Assembly: GCA_032718475.1 (NCBI GenBank)
Contig: JAUCBJ010008400.1
Coordinates: forward strand, 20,032 to 84,031
Length of the DNA: 64,000 nucleotides
Origin: Nemertoderma westbladi
Lineage: Eukaryota > Animalia > Xenacoelomorpha
Direction of reading: 5' to 3'
Both the position numbers and the translations under genes were made by a program. The notes under the pieces were generated by a model that was not told the origin of the DNA, did not search any database, and saw nothing but the letters and a program-made list of their open reading frames with translations. Each line of letters starts with the position of its first letter. Position 1 is the stretch's first letter. Below are positions 9,666-20,625 of this stretch, in pieces.

Positions 9666-11699
9666 ATGAGTAGAGGAGGAGAAACTACACCGCCGCGGAC
9701 CCCGGACGACGATCTAACGATCCGCGAGGCCACGGCGAGACGATACGAACCCACGACGCCGGTCGATGCTACGCCGACCACGTCGACGCAGGTTGACGCC
9801 ACGTCGACAACGAGCAACCCGACGAACCAAGATGTGGGGGGTCGTCTACAACCGGAGAGCGAGTCGAGGGAAGGAGACGAGAAGGGAGGAGAAGAGAAAG
9901 ACGAGTCGACGCGGAGCGAGGGTCGACATACCGATGTCACCGGCCAGCCACAGGCCGAGGACGACGAACGGTCCACCGGAACGGCGACGGTGGGGCCGTC
10001 GGTACGACGTCGGACCCGGAGAGACGGAAGAGAGGTCGGCGACGAGGACGTCGGGGTTTCTGATCGACTTCGACGGGCCTACCTCCCGACCCGGGAGCAA
10101 CTGAGAGAGGCCAAGGAGGGGGCGAAGGTAGACGAGGTGAGACTGAGGAGACGACTAGGTGAGTCGAACAGATACTTTGATCACCTAGTGTGTTTTGGGC
10201 AGAGAGAACTAGCCGAGGAGAGGGCGAGGGGAGTTGTCAACGAACTGATTGAACTATGGGAATGTGGGGGTATGGAACCTAGCGTAGTGTACGTAGGGCC
10301 GTACTTAGTCGATGCCCGGGGAGTGAAAGTAAGAGTTAGAAGACCTGGGGAGGGCGAATCCGAGGTTAATTCCGAGGATTCGGTCTCGTCGGTCGGAGGA
10401 AGTTCCGGGAAGCGGGGGAAAGTTAGTGGGACGGAGGGGCGACGGGAGTCCGTCGCAACCGATAAGTCTGCTACATCCTCCGTAAAAGAAAGACGGGTGC
10501 GACAGAGTGAACGCATAGAGTATAAATTAGAAACGGCTGCGAGTAAGCAGGAATGGTTAGAGTGGCAATTGAGAGAGGAAACCGCATTCTCAGAGAAGGC
10601 AGGAGAGTTGGAGAGGGAGTATAGAGAGAAAGCCGAGAAGTTTAGAGAGAGAGCCAAGGAGTGTAGAGAGCGAGAGATGGGAGTAGAGAGCGAGCCGGCG
10701 AGGCGGCTTGAGATGATTGCTAGAGAGGCAGAGTTGGCCGGGCAGAATACGCGAGAGTGGGGGATAGAGGGTGAGTGCAGGCGGGATGATTTGCATGCCG
10801 TGCTAGGGAGGCTTGCGCAATATCAAGCCAAACTGAATCAGCGCCGACTAGAACTGGCGCGGTTGGAACTGTCAGAGAGTGAGACCCCACTTACAGACAC
10901 CGGGCGAGAGAACCAGAACTGGTGTAGCCGTACGGGCGGGGGGGGTAGTAGTAGTACGTTAGAGACAGTTAATGTTAATAGTACCGTAGTAGATAACCCT
11001 AATCCCTTTATTACAGGAAATAATATTTTACCGGGTAGTAGTAATTTAAATTTAAATACAAATATTCTAAACAATAATTTCAATTCAAACCCGCAAAATA
11101 ATTCGAATAATAATTTAAGTTTAGAGAATAGTAGTGACCTAAGTAATTTAAATAATTTAAATAATAATCCCGTTTCAAATTCTAATAATTTAATTGATTT
11201 AACAAATAATATTGGGAATGGTGCTATTAATATGAGCGTGTCGGACGTACATAACCCGGCAGACGGTGGCCTGGTAGGCCACGTAGTTAGTAGGCAGGAA
11301 GTGGCAGGGTTGAGCCAACCCGACGGCGGCCTGGTAGGCCACGTAGTTGGTAGGCAGGAGGTAGCGGGGTTGAGCCAACCCAAGGTGGGCCTGATGGGCC
11401 ACGCAGTAGTAGAGAGAGAGGCGGGGGTGAATAGACCCAGCCGTAGTAGAGACAGTGCGTCGACTAGAGAGGGGTGTAGAGACGAAGTAAGAGATAGTGA
11501 AGTTAGATGTGGCGAGTGGGGGGGGGGGGCTACGGGCGCCCCACCACATAAGATTAGTGGCGAGAGAGGGGGGGCAGAGAAAGCCCCACAAGAGGGGTGT
11601 AGAGGTGTAGTAGGAGGTAGTGAAGTTAGAAGTAGCGGGTGGGGGGGGGGGCTACAGGAGCCCCACCACGAAAGATTAGTGGCGAGAGAAGTGGGGTAG
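9666..11699 (+). CDS. Gag-like ORF, N-terminal part (coiled-coil, Asn-rich tract, internal repeats)
   Basis: ATG 51 bp after the 5' LTR, 677 aa, E/R-rich coiled-coil; frame probably lost in G-runs. Confidence 0.55.
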   Translation: MSRGGETTPPRTPDDDLTIREATARRYEPTTPVDATPTTSTQVDATSTTSNPTNQDVGGRLQPESESREGDEKGGEEKDESTRSEGRHTDVTGQPQAEDDERSTGTATVGPSVRRRTRRDGREVGDEDVGVSDRLRRAYLPTREQLREAKEGAKVDEVRLRRRLGESNRYFDHLVCFGQRELAEERARGVVNELIELWECGGMEPSVVYVGPYLVDARGVKVRVRRPGEGESEVNSEDSVSSVGGSSGKRGKVSGTEGRRESVATDKSATSSVKERRVRQSERIEYKLETAASKQEWLEWQLREETAFSEKAGELEREYREKAEKFRERAKECREREMGVESEPARRLEMIAREAELAGQNTREWGIEGECRRDDLHAVLGRLAQYQAKLNQRRLELARLELSESETPLTDTGRENQNWCSRTGGGGSSSTLETVNVNSTVVDNPNPFITGNNILPGSSNLNLNTNILNNNFNSNPQNNSNNNLSLENSSDLSNLNNLNNNPVSNSNNLIDLTNNIGNGAINMSVSDVHNPADGGLVGHVVSRQEVAGLSQPDGGLVGHVVGRQEVAGLSQPKVGLMGHAVVEREAGVNRPSRSRDSASTREGCRDEVRDSEVRCGEWGGGATGAPPHKISGERGGAEKAPQEGCRGVVGGSEVRSSGWGGGLQEPHHERLVAREVG

Positions 11700-12373
11700 G
11701 GAATGTCCGACAAGAGGGACGCAGAAGTATAGTAAGAGATAGTGAAGTTAGAAGTGGCGGGTGGGGGGGGGCTACGGGCACCCCACCGCGAGAGATTAGT
11801 AGAGAGAGAGGGGGGGCAGAGAGTGTCCCACAGCCGTCAGCGGATAATGCGCGGGCCGAATCAGGTAAACCGCAACACCCGGCGACGGAGAGTAATAGGG
11901 GGATTGCGAGTATGCCCAGCGGCGTGCGATCGAGCAGAGAGAGGCAGGTTGACGTCGCGAGAGGGCAGGCGAAGCGTCGAGCCCGATCAGAAGAGGGAAG
12001 AAGAACAGTGGAGTTTAACCGGGAGGTCGACGAGAGACCTCACGAGCCGGAATACTACACATAAAAGAGAAGAAGAGAAGATAGTAGAAGAAGTGTCGCC
12101 ACGAACGATAGCAGTGCGAGGACGGATAACGGACCGTCGACAGTAGAGATGGAGTCAGGGAGCCAGTGGGGTCGAACTTCGGGAGATTGCCGTCGCCCCG
12201 GAGAAACGCACCGCACGCCAAGAGAGGGGTACAAGACGTACCAATACAGAGTCGAGAACAGGAGAGGGGATCGGAGAGAAGCTTCCTGACGGGATATAGC
12301 TGCCGATCGAGAGTGCAGTAGTCGCGGGGAGATTCGAGATTCGCGAAGAATAAACTTCGGTTCGGAAGGGCAC

Positions 12374-13525
12374 ATGCAGACTGCAGGACATACTGTAGGC
12401 CTTACTGCACATACTATTATAGGCCATGCTGGGAGAGATAGAGTAGGCGATGGGGTAGCGCGAACGACGGGATTAAACCCGGAAGTCGCGGAGTACATAC
12501 CGGTAGGTAGGCGAGAGGTAGGTAGGCCTATATCGGTACAGCAGCATGACTATAATACACAGGGACATAACATATATCCAGGGGAGGGGGGAGTTATTGG
12601 AGATAGACGTATGGGCCCCAATGTATCAACATCAACCCCAGTACCAAACATACCGGCTGGGGGGGGACAGGGTGACATTCCCCCATCACAATATCGACAA
12701 TATACCCCGATAGGAGCAAGAATATCGAACTCCCTGGACGAGAGCAGGTCGTGTGGACAGTCACCACCACACGCGGCCATACAGGGGACTACCAGTCCAC
12801 AGTTAGTTGGTAGCAGGACCACACCGTGGCAGGGACAGAAAGAAAATAACACCAAAAATAAACACAATCCCAATATACCCAGTAGGCCGAGTCTAGACAA
12901 TCGAAACACTAAATCGGTACATATAAACCTAAGCGCGATACGTGAAGGACTATACAGGAAACGCTATAATCCAGGATTCCAATGTCAATTACATCGGGAC
13001 GGAACCCATAAGACCAGGAGTTGCAAATACTGGCAAGCGTTGCCCAAACGAGATCGTGTAGCCTACACAGACGCAAACGGACTATGTCATCGATGTGTGG
13101 TAAAAGGACACAGATCCGGAGAGTGTTGGAAAGGGAGAGGATATGAAAGGACTAAACCAGGGGCAGAGAAGCCCATTAGCAAACATAAGGGAGTCGGGAA
13201 AGTAGAAGGAGGCGTGTCGCACACACACGCAGGACGGACACAGTGCGAGGGGGCATTGCACGGGCAAACGCCATGTGTACCAAGGAACGAGCGGGGGTCG
13301 TCGAGGCCTTTAATGCCAGCGCACATACGAAGGGGGAGGCCAGCAAAGGTAGCACCGAAGAGAGTGTGGCGAAGAGTTAGAGGACGTACAGGAGGGCAGC
13401 AGGAGAATGCCTACTGGAAGAAGGGGCACCTGAGAGTTTTTAGTCGTCCAAAGTTTTGGACTGAGGGGGGTGGGAATGAGGGCGAGACGCCCTTCCCACG
13501 CACAAAATATAAAATAATTATTTAA
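12374..13525 (+). CDS. Gag-like ORF, C-terminal part with BEL/Pao-type zinc knuckles
   Basis: CQLHRDGTHKTRSC...R...GLCHRCVVKGHRSGEC resembles BEL/Pao Gag knuckle spacing. Confidence 0.55.
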   Translation: MQTAGHTVGLTAHTIIGHAGRDRVGDGVARTTGLNPEVAEYIPVGRREVGRPISVQQHDYNTQGHNIYPGEGGVIGDRRMGPNVSTSTPVPNIPAGGGQGDIPPSQYRQYTPIGARISNSLDESRSCGQSPPHAAIQGTTSPQLVGSRTTPWQGQKENNTKNKHNPNIPSRPSLDNRNTKSVHINLSAIREGLYRKRYNPGFQCQLHRDGTHKTRSCKYWQALPKRDRVAYTDANGLCHRCVVKGHRSGECWKGRGYERTKPGAEKPISKHKGVGKVEGGVSHTHAGRTQCEGALHGQTPCVPRNERGSSRPLMPAHIRRGRPAKVAPKRVWRRVRGRTGGQQENAYWKKGHLRVFSRPKFWTEGGGNEGETPFPRTKYKIII

Positions 13526-13549
13526 TTAAAATAAGAAAATAATTAAATA

Positions 13550-15250
13550 ATAGAGTAGGTAGAAGTTAGGTAGTAAGAGTTAGTTAGTTAGAGGGTAAGT
13601 AGTACCGTTAGTAGAGAGAGTTAGAGAAGTTAGTTAGAGGGTACGTAGTACCGTTAGTTAAGAGTGTTAGAGGTATAGTTAGTAAGAGGGTACGTAGTAC
13701 CGTCAGTTAGTGGAGTTGGAGTAGTGAGAGGGTACGTAAGTACCATTAGAGAGTAGGAGTTAGAGGGTACGTAAGTACCGATTAGAGAGTAAGAGTTAGA
13801 GGGTACGCAGTACCGTTAGAGAGTTAGTAAGAGTAAGAGGGTACGTTGTACCGCTAACTAGTAGAGAGAGCTAGAGTAGTAAGAGGGTACGTAGTACCGC
13901 TAGCTAGTAGAGAGAGCTAGAGTAGTAAGAGGGTACGTTGTACCGCTAGCTAGTAGAGAGAGTTAGGAGTAGTAAGAGGGTACGTAGTACCGTTAGTTAG
14001 GGGTGTTAGTAGTAGCAGTAGCGGGTTGTGGGCATCATAAGCGCCACGTAGTTAGAGTTAGTAGGGAATGCGCTGAACTTAGTGGGGCACGGGCGTGATG
14101 ATGTGTTTGATGTAAGAGCAGGGTATGTTAATTAGGGTGGGTGCCGGGCACAAGAGGTGCCGGGCACAAAAAGAGTTAGTAGAGTTAGAAGGTGCCGGGC
14201 ACAAGAGGTGCCGGGCACAAAAAGAGTTAGTAAGAGTTAGTAGTAGAGTTAGTTGAGTTAGTAGAGAGTTAGTAGAGTTAGAAGGTGCCGGGCACAAGAG
14301 GTGCCGGGCACAAAAAGAGTTAGTAGAGTTAGAAGAGAGTTAGTAGAGTTAGTAGTAGTTCACATAATTAACGTACCCACTCTGCCGGCACTCAGAGCGT
14401 CACGTGTAGCCGATGAGACGTAAAGGGGGAGTAGAGGAGTAGAGACGGGCACATTGGGTGCCAGGTAGTAGAAGAGTAGAGAGGGCACATAGGGTGCCAG
14501 GTAGTAGAGTTAGAGTGTTAGAGGTAGTAGAGAGGGTACATAGGGTACCAGTGAGTAGAAGAGTAGAGACGGGCACGTAGGGTGCCAGGTAGTAGAGTTA
14601 GAGAGTTAGAGATAGAGTAGAATAGTAGAGACGGGCACATAGGGTGCCAGGTAGTAGAGTTAGAGAGTTAGAGATAGAGTAGAGTAGTAGAGACGGGCAC
14701 ATAGGGTGCCAGGTAGTAGAGTTAGAGAGTTAGAGATAGAGTAGAGTAGTAGAGACAGGCACATAGGGTGCCAGGTAGTAAGTTAGAGAGGTAGTAGTGT
14801 AGTAGAGAGGGCACATAGGGTGCCAGGTAGTAGAGTAGAGCAGAGGGGGCACATAGGGTGCCAGGTAGTAGAGCTAGAGAGGTAGTTGAGTAGTAGAAGG
14901 GCACATAGGGTGCCAGATAGTAGAGTGGTTGTGGGCACCGCAAGCGCCACGTAGTTAGAAGAGTGGAGTAGAGTTAGTAGAGCTAGTTAGTAGAGTTAGC
15001 AGAGCTAGTGGAGTAGAGTTAGTAGAGCTAGTTAGCGGAGTTGGTAGACTCGGAGGAGTCAAGTAGAGCTAGTAGAAGTAGAAAGTTAGTAGGAGTTAGT
15101 TAGACTTAGTAGAGAGTTAGAGTCAGTAGAAAGTTAGAGGCTCTCAGTTAGAGCTAGAAGTAGTAAGAGTTAGTAGTTAGCAGAGTTAGTTAGATAGTTA
15201 GAGTTAGTAAGCAGTAGGTAGATAGTATGATAGCACAGGGGTAGCATTAG
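13550..15250 (+). repeat. C-poor purine-rich tandem arrays with repeated GGYAC-N3-5-GTRCC hairpins
   Basis: About 10 GGTAC-N3/4-GTACC, 3 GGCAC-aagag-GTGCC and about 10 GGCAC-atagg-GTGCC units in AGTTAG/AGTAG linkers. Confidence 0.9.
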
Positions 15251-15631
15251 AGATTAAAGCCTTAGGGAGTGACAGAGAGTAGAGAGTAATAGTGCGGAGC
15301 GGAGTGCGAAGAGAGCGTGGGCGCAATTCAAGTGTGGGGGAGGAGAAGTGAGAGGAAGAGTGTGGGACGAGGAGGTCCGGGGGTATGTGAGAGTTGGAGT
15401 AGAATGGTGAGAGTGTTGGGGAAACAAAAATTGTGTGAGAGAAGCGCACGATCGGCCCGACACGAGACGCCAGAGGGTAGTGACATCATACCCATAGGGA
15501 GCGGCCTGGAAAGCCGACTCCGAAAAAAAATATACCCACCCCACACCCGATAATAGATCGGGATCCAACGGAATTGTAGCGCACTTGAGTTGGATGCTAT
15601 CTTCTCACCGGGAAGATAGCATGGGGGGGAG

Positions 15632-16178
15632 TGTTAGCTTATCCAATTCCGCTAACACAAACCCATAGAGTGAGCCATAAAGCAATGTTGGGAGCACGAG
15701 GTTGATTACCAATCAACCTCGTGTCAGCCCAGTAAACGGGGACAATAGGCCCCAAAGGAGACACACACAATAGGGGTCAGGGGCCAAACCCCTAACCGAG
15801 AGAGAACACAGGGAGTGAAGGGAAACACTCCAAAGGGTGCCAACAGGGGTATCAACCAATCAGAGGGGGGAAAGGCATCGATTGAGTAGCAATAAGGCCA
15901 ACGTGCAATATATTACAGGTCGTGCTATCCATTCACTTCAGTTATCTCAGTCTGTCACTACAGTCACGGTAGTACGGTGACAATTTAGACCATCACCGCC
16001 GTCACCAATCACATATCATTCAGTATACCGGTTAACTGTGCTATCTACTATCACTCTGTATTATATATATATCAGTCCATAATAACGACACTGGAACAAC
16101 AACTCTTTTCATTCACACGGCGGGGACGCGTACATAAGCGACACCGGATAAACCGGGATCCTCTCGGATCCCGTCACA
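15632..16178 (+). repeat. 3' LTR (547 bp)
   Basis: Direct repeat of 9069-9615, preceded by PPT ATGGGGGGGAG. Confidence 0.95.
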
Positions 16179-17204
16179 CACTTTAGGATTTTAGAACTGG
16201 TTACGAGCGGTGTTAATGTGCCTGGAAGGCACCGCACGAATATATAAGTACAAATAACTCATAAGTGCAATTAATATAAGTGCAATTAATATGTACGTAT
16301 GTAATAAATCAATGCTATATTTAGGCCCAAGGAAACACACTATATGTAGAATAGTCAGATAGAACCTTTTCCAATTAGCTATTGGGACCAGGGACTAATT
16401 GACTGAAACAGGAGGATGGGACAATGACGGATCTCACTGACATGGTGCACACATGCGTGAGGGCCGATAGGAGCATATGGAGAGTGAGAGCAAAAGGGGG
16501 TCGAGTATGAGAAGCGTGGGGAGAAGGTGCTAGGATTTGGGAGAAAGTAAGGAGTGCAAGGTCCAAGTGTGGAGAGCGAGCATAGAGGAGGACAAGTCCT
16601 ATGGGACTAGTGAGAGAGGAGAACGGACAATAGAGTCCGAGATAAAATTGTGTAAGGAAAGTCTAAAGAAGGGACGCCATATGCCTTGGTACAGCTTAGC
16701 TCGCAGATGTACCAAGGATAGGTAGTGAAAACAGACCCAGGGGGGCCAGCCTGGAAAGCTGGTCCCGAGAATAATATTCCACCCCACATCCAATACTAGA
16801 TTGGATTCCAGCGGAATTGGAGCGCACTAAAGGTTGATGCTATCTTCTCACCAGGAAGATAGCATGGGGGGAGAGTGTTAGCAGATCCTATTTGCTACAC
16901 CACCCAGCAGAAAATGGGGAAAGTGGCTTTTTACCAATTATAGTTGGCTAGGCGACATTACCAATATAATGTCACCTAACAAATAACGAAGGCAATATAC
17001 ATTGCCAGCCACAAGGAAAGATGAGAGGCTAAAAGCCATCTTGGGGGGGGGGGGGGGAGATAGCTAGCACGTGCACACAGAGTTAGGGATTGCTAGGGAG
17101 GAAGGACAGAGTAGCCAATGGCGGGACAGATTACCATCTGATTGAGGATATGTGTTAGTAATATAACCATTGTCTTTATTACCTGTCGTTTAGTTGGTTT
17201 GTAC

Positions 17205-17312
17205 TCATGGCGAAAACAATATCCTGCAAAGAGGATGCGGCTTTATTCAAGTGTCAAGCTTGGGGGAACCAATGAGACACCTCCAATTTTATATAATGTC
17301 TGGTTGGAGATA
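17205..17312 (-). mobile_element. Short RTE-clade LINE fragment
   Basis: Similar to 20053-20159 (GTGTCAAGCTTGGGGGAACCAATGAGACACCTCCAAT). Confidence 0.75.
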
Positions 17313-17731
17313 TTAATAAGTTTAATTCGGAGTATAAAATATAATTGTCAAGCAGTATATTAGGTACTATATATTATACAATTCGAATCGGTACGGCAGT
17401 ACGGTAGGGCCTAGGCAAAAGAAATATATTTCAACTGCAGATCGCAGCCGTTATCAATCACTGAATCAGATAATGAATTGGTAACCGGTAGTGGTACATC
17501 TGTTGCTTAAATATAAATTCTTATACAGTATGAGATAGTAGTGAATATTGCACAAAACGAACTTACTACAGTACAAATTATTACTATTACACCAAATAAA
17601 CACATAAATGAAATTACCTAACTACAGTATAATCACAACTATATAGCACACAACATAATATAATCTACAACCAACCCCCCCCCCCCCCCCCCCCCCCCCC
17701 CACACACACACACCATTTTTTTTTCACATCG

Positions 17732-18717
17732 TCAATCATTAAATTGGATTTTATTAATTTTTCCTGCGCTAAAGTTATCAACCTCAACTGAAACCCGTTT
17801 GTTTATTGCTTGATGTCCTAACTTCTTTATATGTAAACTCTCGAGAACTAAACGGGAGTACAACCTACTTTCTCGTCCTATTACTTTGGCCTTATGGAAT
17901 AACGGGACATGGTTCTCCTCTACTAAATGTGCCGCTAACTCTGTAGCTTTTACTCTCTCGTGTCTTAAGTCGCCATCATGAGCTACTAATCTTACATCTA
18001 ATGCGTATTTACTTTGTCCTACGTATACTTTATCGCACTCACATGGGATGGCGTAAACAATTCCCCTGGGACTACTCTCAGGCTTGTGACCATTCTGTAT
18101 GTATGATGCCAGGCTACGGCCCATTCTTGAGAAAGTTCCAATATTATATTTCCTATACAACCGTTCCAAACTCTCCGTGACATTTTGTACATATGGCAAT
18201 GCTATGTTAATTTCAGGTTTTTCCCGTGGTTGTTTGGATATTGGATTTTTAATTGCATTATTTATTTTCCTTTGTGTATTGTATATGATACGTGTCGGAT
18301 ACCCGTTGCATTTTAGTGTATTGGCTAGGATATTTTGGGTTTTAATTCTATTAGATTCTGTGGAACATAGTCTATTAGATCGATAATATAGGCCTTTGCA
18401 TACACTTTGTTTAATCCTAGGGTGATGATTTGAATTAAAATTAAGATACCTGTTCGAATGTGTTGGTTTTTGATATACTGTGGTGCTTATCGAACTAGAA
18501 CTACCCGGGTGGATTGTGACCAATGTATCTAAGAAGGGGAGGCAGCCGTCTTCTCGCTGGTGTTCTACAGTGAATTTCACATCGCTATGTAATGAATTTA
18601 GATTATTTAACAGTCGGTCTACCTCATCTTTATTAACTAAACACCATGTGTCATCCACATAGCGTAGCCACACTCTAGGTAAAATCCCCAGCTCAGCAGC
18701 TCTCCTTTCTAGACTGT
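17732..18717 (-). mobile_element. Penelope-like element, 5'-truncated ORF: RT C-terminus + GIY-YIG endonuclease
   Basis: RYVDDTW, LPFLD, VYQKPTH..YLNFNSNH, NGYP, LPYV, GIVYAIPCECDKVYVGQS. Confidence 0.92.
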
Positions 18718-19070
18718 ACACGTTCGTGGGGCCTTCGCGCAGCACGAAGTGAACAAAGCCTTTAGCATATGGGGGGGGGGGGGGGGGGGGGGTACCATTA
18801 ACGAGTTGTCTGCCGTTAGTCAGAAGTCTTCAACACAATACTCGTCCTTCTCTTGTGCATCGTTGCGTTCGTTCGTTTTTAACATAACTTGAGATTCTTT
18901 CTAAACTTTTGCCGGACAACATACATACCAAGTTTCGTTTAATTTCATCAAGGAATAACCGAGTTATTAGTGATCAAAAATTTACGACGACGACAGATGA
19001 CGACGACGACAGATAACTCGCCAATGGCACCTATATGATAAGCCTTCGCTCACTTTGTGGCTCGCCCACA
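18718..19070 (-). mobile_element. Small non-autonomous element, Helentron/DINE-1-like (same family as 50788-51298)
   Basis: Ends match 50788-51298 in reverse (GTGGGG..TTCGCGCAGCACGAAG; GTGGCTCGCCCACA), internal (GAC)n microsatellite. Confidence 0.6.
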
Positions 19071-19824
19071 GTAGTGCATGTTTCAGTCAATCGATAGTCA
19101 TTGGATGACGGACTGCATAGGCTGAGTGAGGGAGACTTGAACCCCAAAAGTTTTAATCGCTCTAAAGAACAGATAAATAAATTTTTCAATGCCGTTTTAA
19201 CTTTTTCACTTTACATTTATGATTGCTATCATTATGTGAGAGTTTGAGAATTACAACTCTTAAACTTTTTAAATTAAACCAATTATTCGTATTTTTGAAA
19301 AAGCGTCAAGTCTCCCTCAATGGGGGGAGACTTGACACCTAGGGTGGGAGACTTGAACCCCACCTCACATTCTTGTAAATTCGTTCAAAAATGCATAAGA
19401 AGTGTACTAATTACGTGTTCAACATGTCTATTTTCTAGTCGAGCAGCAAAAATTGCAAAAAAATGCGATTATTAATTTGATCAAATTATTTATCCAAAAT
19501 TGTGTACAAATTTAGGTGGTCGTTCACATGGTTCTCCTAACAAGAAATAAATAAATAATAGTTCATTAAAACCGCAATAAAATTTAAAGCGGAAAGGTAC
19601 TTTTTAATAATAAACATCTTGTATAATTTTCAATCCAGGAGCATTTTAATTGTTTTCCTGTAATTCTATTGATGTGTGCCTCTTTCTGACGTAGCGGCAT
19701 CTTGTTTAAGTTGTCAATCACCAAGATAGCAGGCTACCACATTGCAAAGAGGGAAGGAAGAGTTGTTGGTTGGCTTGGCTGGGTTTGGTTTAGTCTAGAG
19801 AGGGGCTACTCCTACTGCATGAAC

Positions 19825-20625
19825 TACTAGTATCGGCATGCTGCATTGCAGCTGCATTTTTAAGAATGCTGTGCCGGCTTGTCGACAAAATTGCGCCACC
19901 ACAACTCCCTATCACCCATGACATTTGCTAGATCATCCGCATCTTCAAGGCCAGTGTCCTTTAAGATGCGTCTCAAGAAAGTCAAGGGCTGTCCACCATG
20001 CTTATTCACTCCATGAGGCTGCCAAAGTACAAGATTATGCACTGGCTGGTCCTCACGGCGAAAGCAATGTCCTGCAAAGAGGAGGCGACTTTGTTCTAGT
20101 GTCAAGCTTGGGGGAACCAATGAGACACCTCCAATGTTATATAGTGTCTGGTTGGAGATGTGTGCATTGTACTTGACACAATGAACCCGGCGTAGCATTC
20201 TTGTGAATGTGCCATCCAGAGATTTGGTGTCCTCAGCAGTTAGAGCCCAGCATGGACTCCCATAGAGGAGTACTGGAACTACTGCTGCTCTAAATAATCG
20301 GACTATAAGTTTCCGATTAATTCTCGGTGACTTTCAAATCCTGGAAAGCCTATCCAAGGCTGCCCATGCCTTTCCCTTACGTATTCGAAGTTCCTCACCT
20401 GACTTCCGGATCCATGATCCCAGGTAACAGAAGTCGTCCACATGCTCAAGCATACCATCCTTTGAGCTTATGCTCATCCGATCAGAGACTTGCTGAGAAC
20501 TTTCAAAGTTAACTGTTAAAATTTTGGTCTTTCTGGAGTTATTAAAAAGACCAACACTAGAAGCAGCATGTTCTAATGAGCTGAGGAGCCGTTGGGCTCC
20601 CTCTAGTGATTCTGAGAGTACTCCT
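19825..20625 (-). mobile_element. RTE-clade LINE, 3' fragment (frameshifted RT C-terminus)
   Basis: DFCYLGSWI, RKGKAWAAL, LLYGSPCW, FAGHCFRR..P..LVLWQP; short TAG tail. Confidence 0.85.

Larger units (their letters stand above)
9069..16178 (+). mobile_element. Full-length non-autonomous (pol-less) LTR retrotransposon, 5-bp TSD CACTT
   Basis: 547-bp LTRs TGTT...CACA at 9069-9615 and 15632-16178 (two differences seen), CACTT at 9064-9068 and 16179-16183, PPT before 3' LTR, no RT/IN motifs in any frame. Confidence 0.95.
7740..17190 (+). mobile_element. Older LTR element (outer; boundaries approximate) interrupted by the 9069-16178 element; PPT and truncated 3' LTR from 16876
   Basis: GC/purine-rich body, zinc-knuckle ORF, PPT ATGGGGGGAGAG then TGTTAGC at 16876; pre-PPT region homologous to that of the inner element. 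Confidence 0.65.

Noticed and set aside
7804-13326. Numerous overlapping antisense ORFs in the GC-rich LTR interiors
   Set aside because: Shadows of purine-skewed, stop-poor sequence; no motifs
14405-14430. CCGATGAGACGTAAA as a hammerhead core
   Set aside because: Lacks CTGATGA, stem II and GAAA
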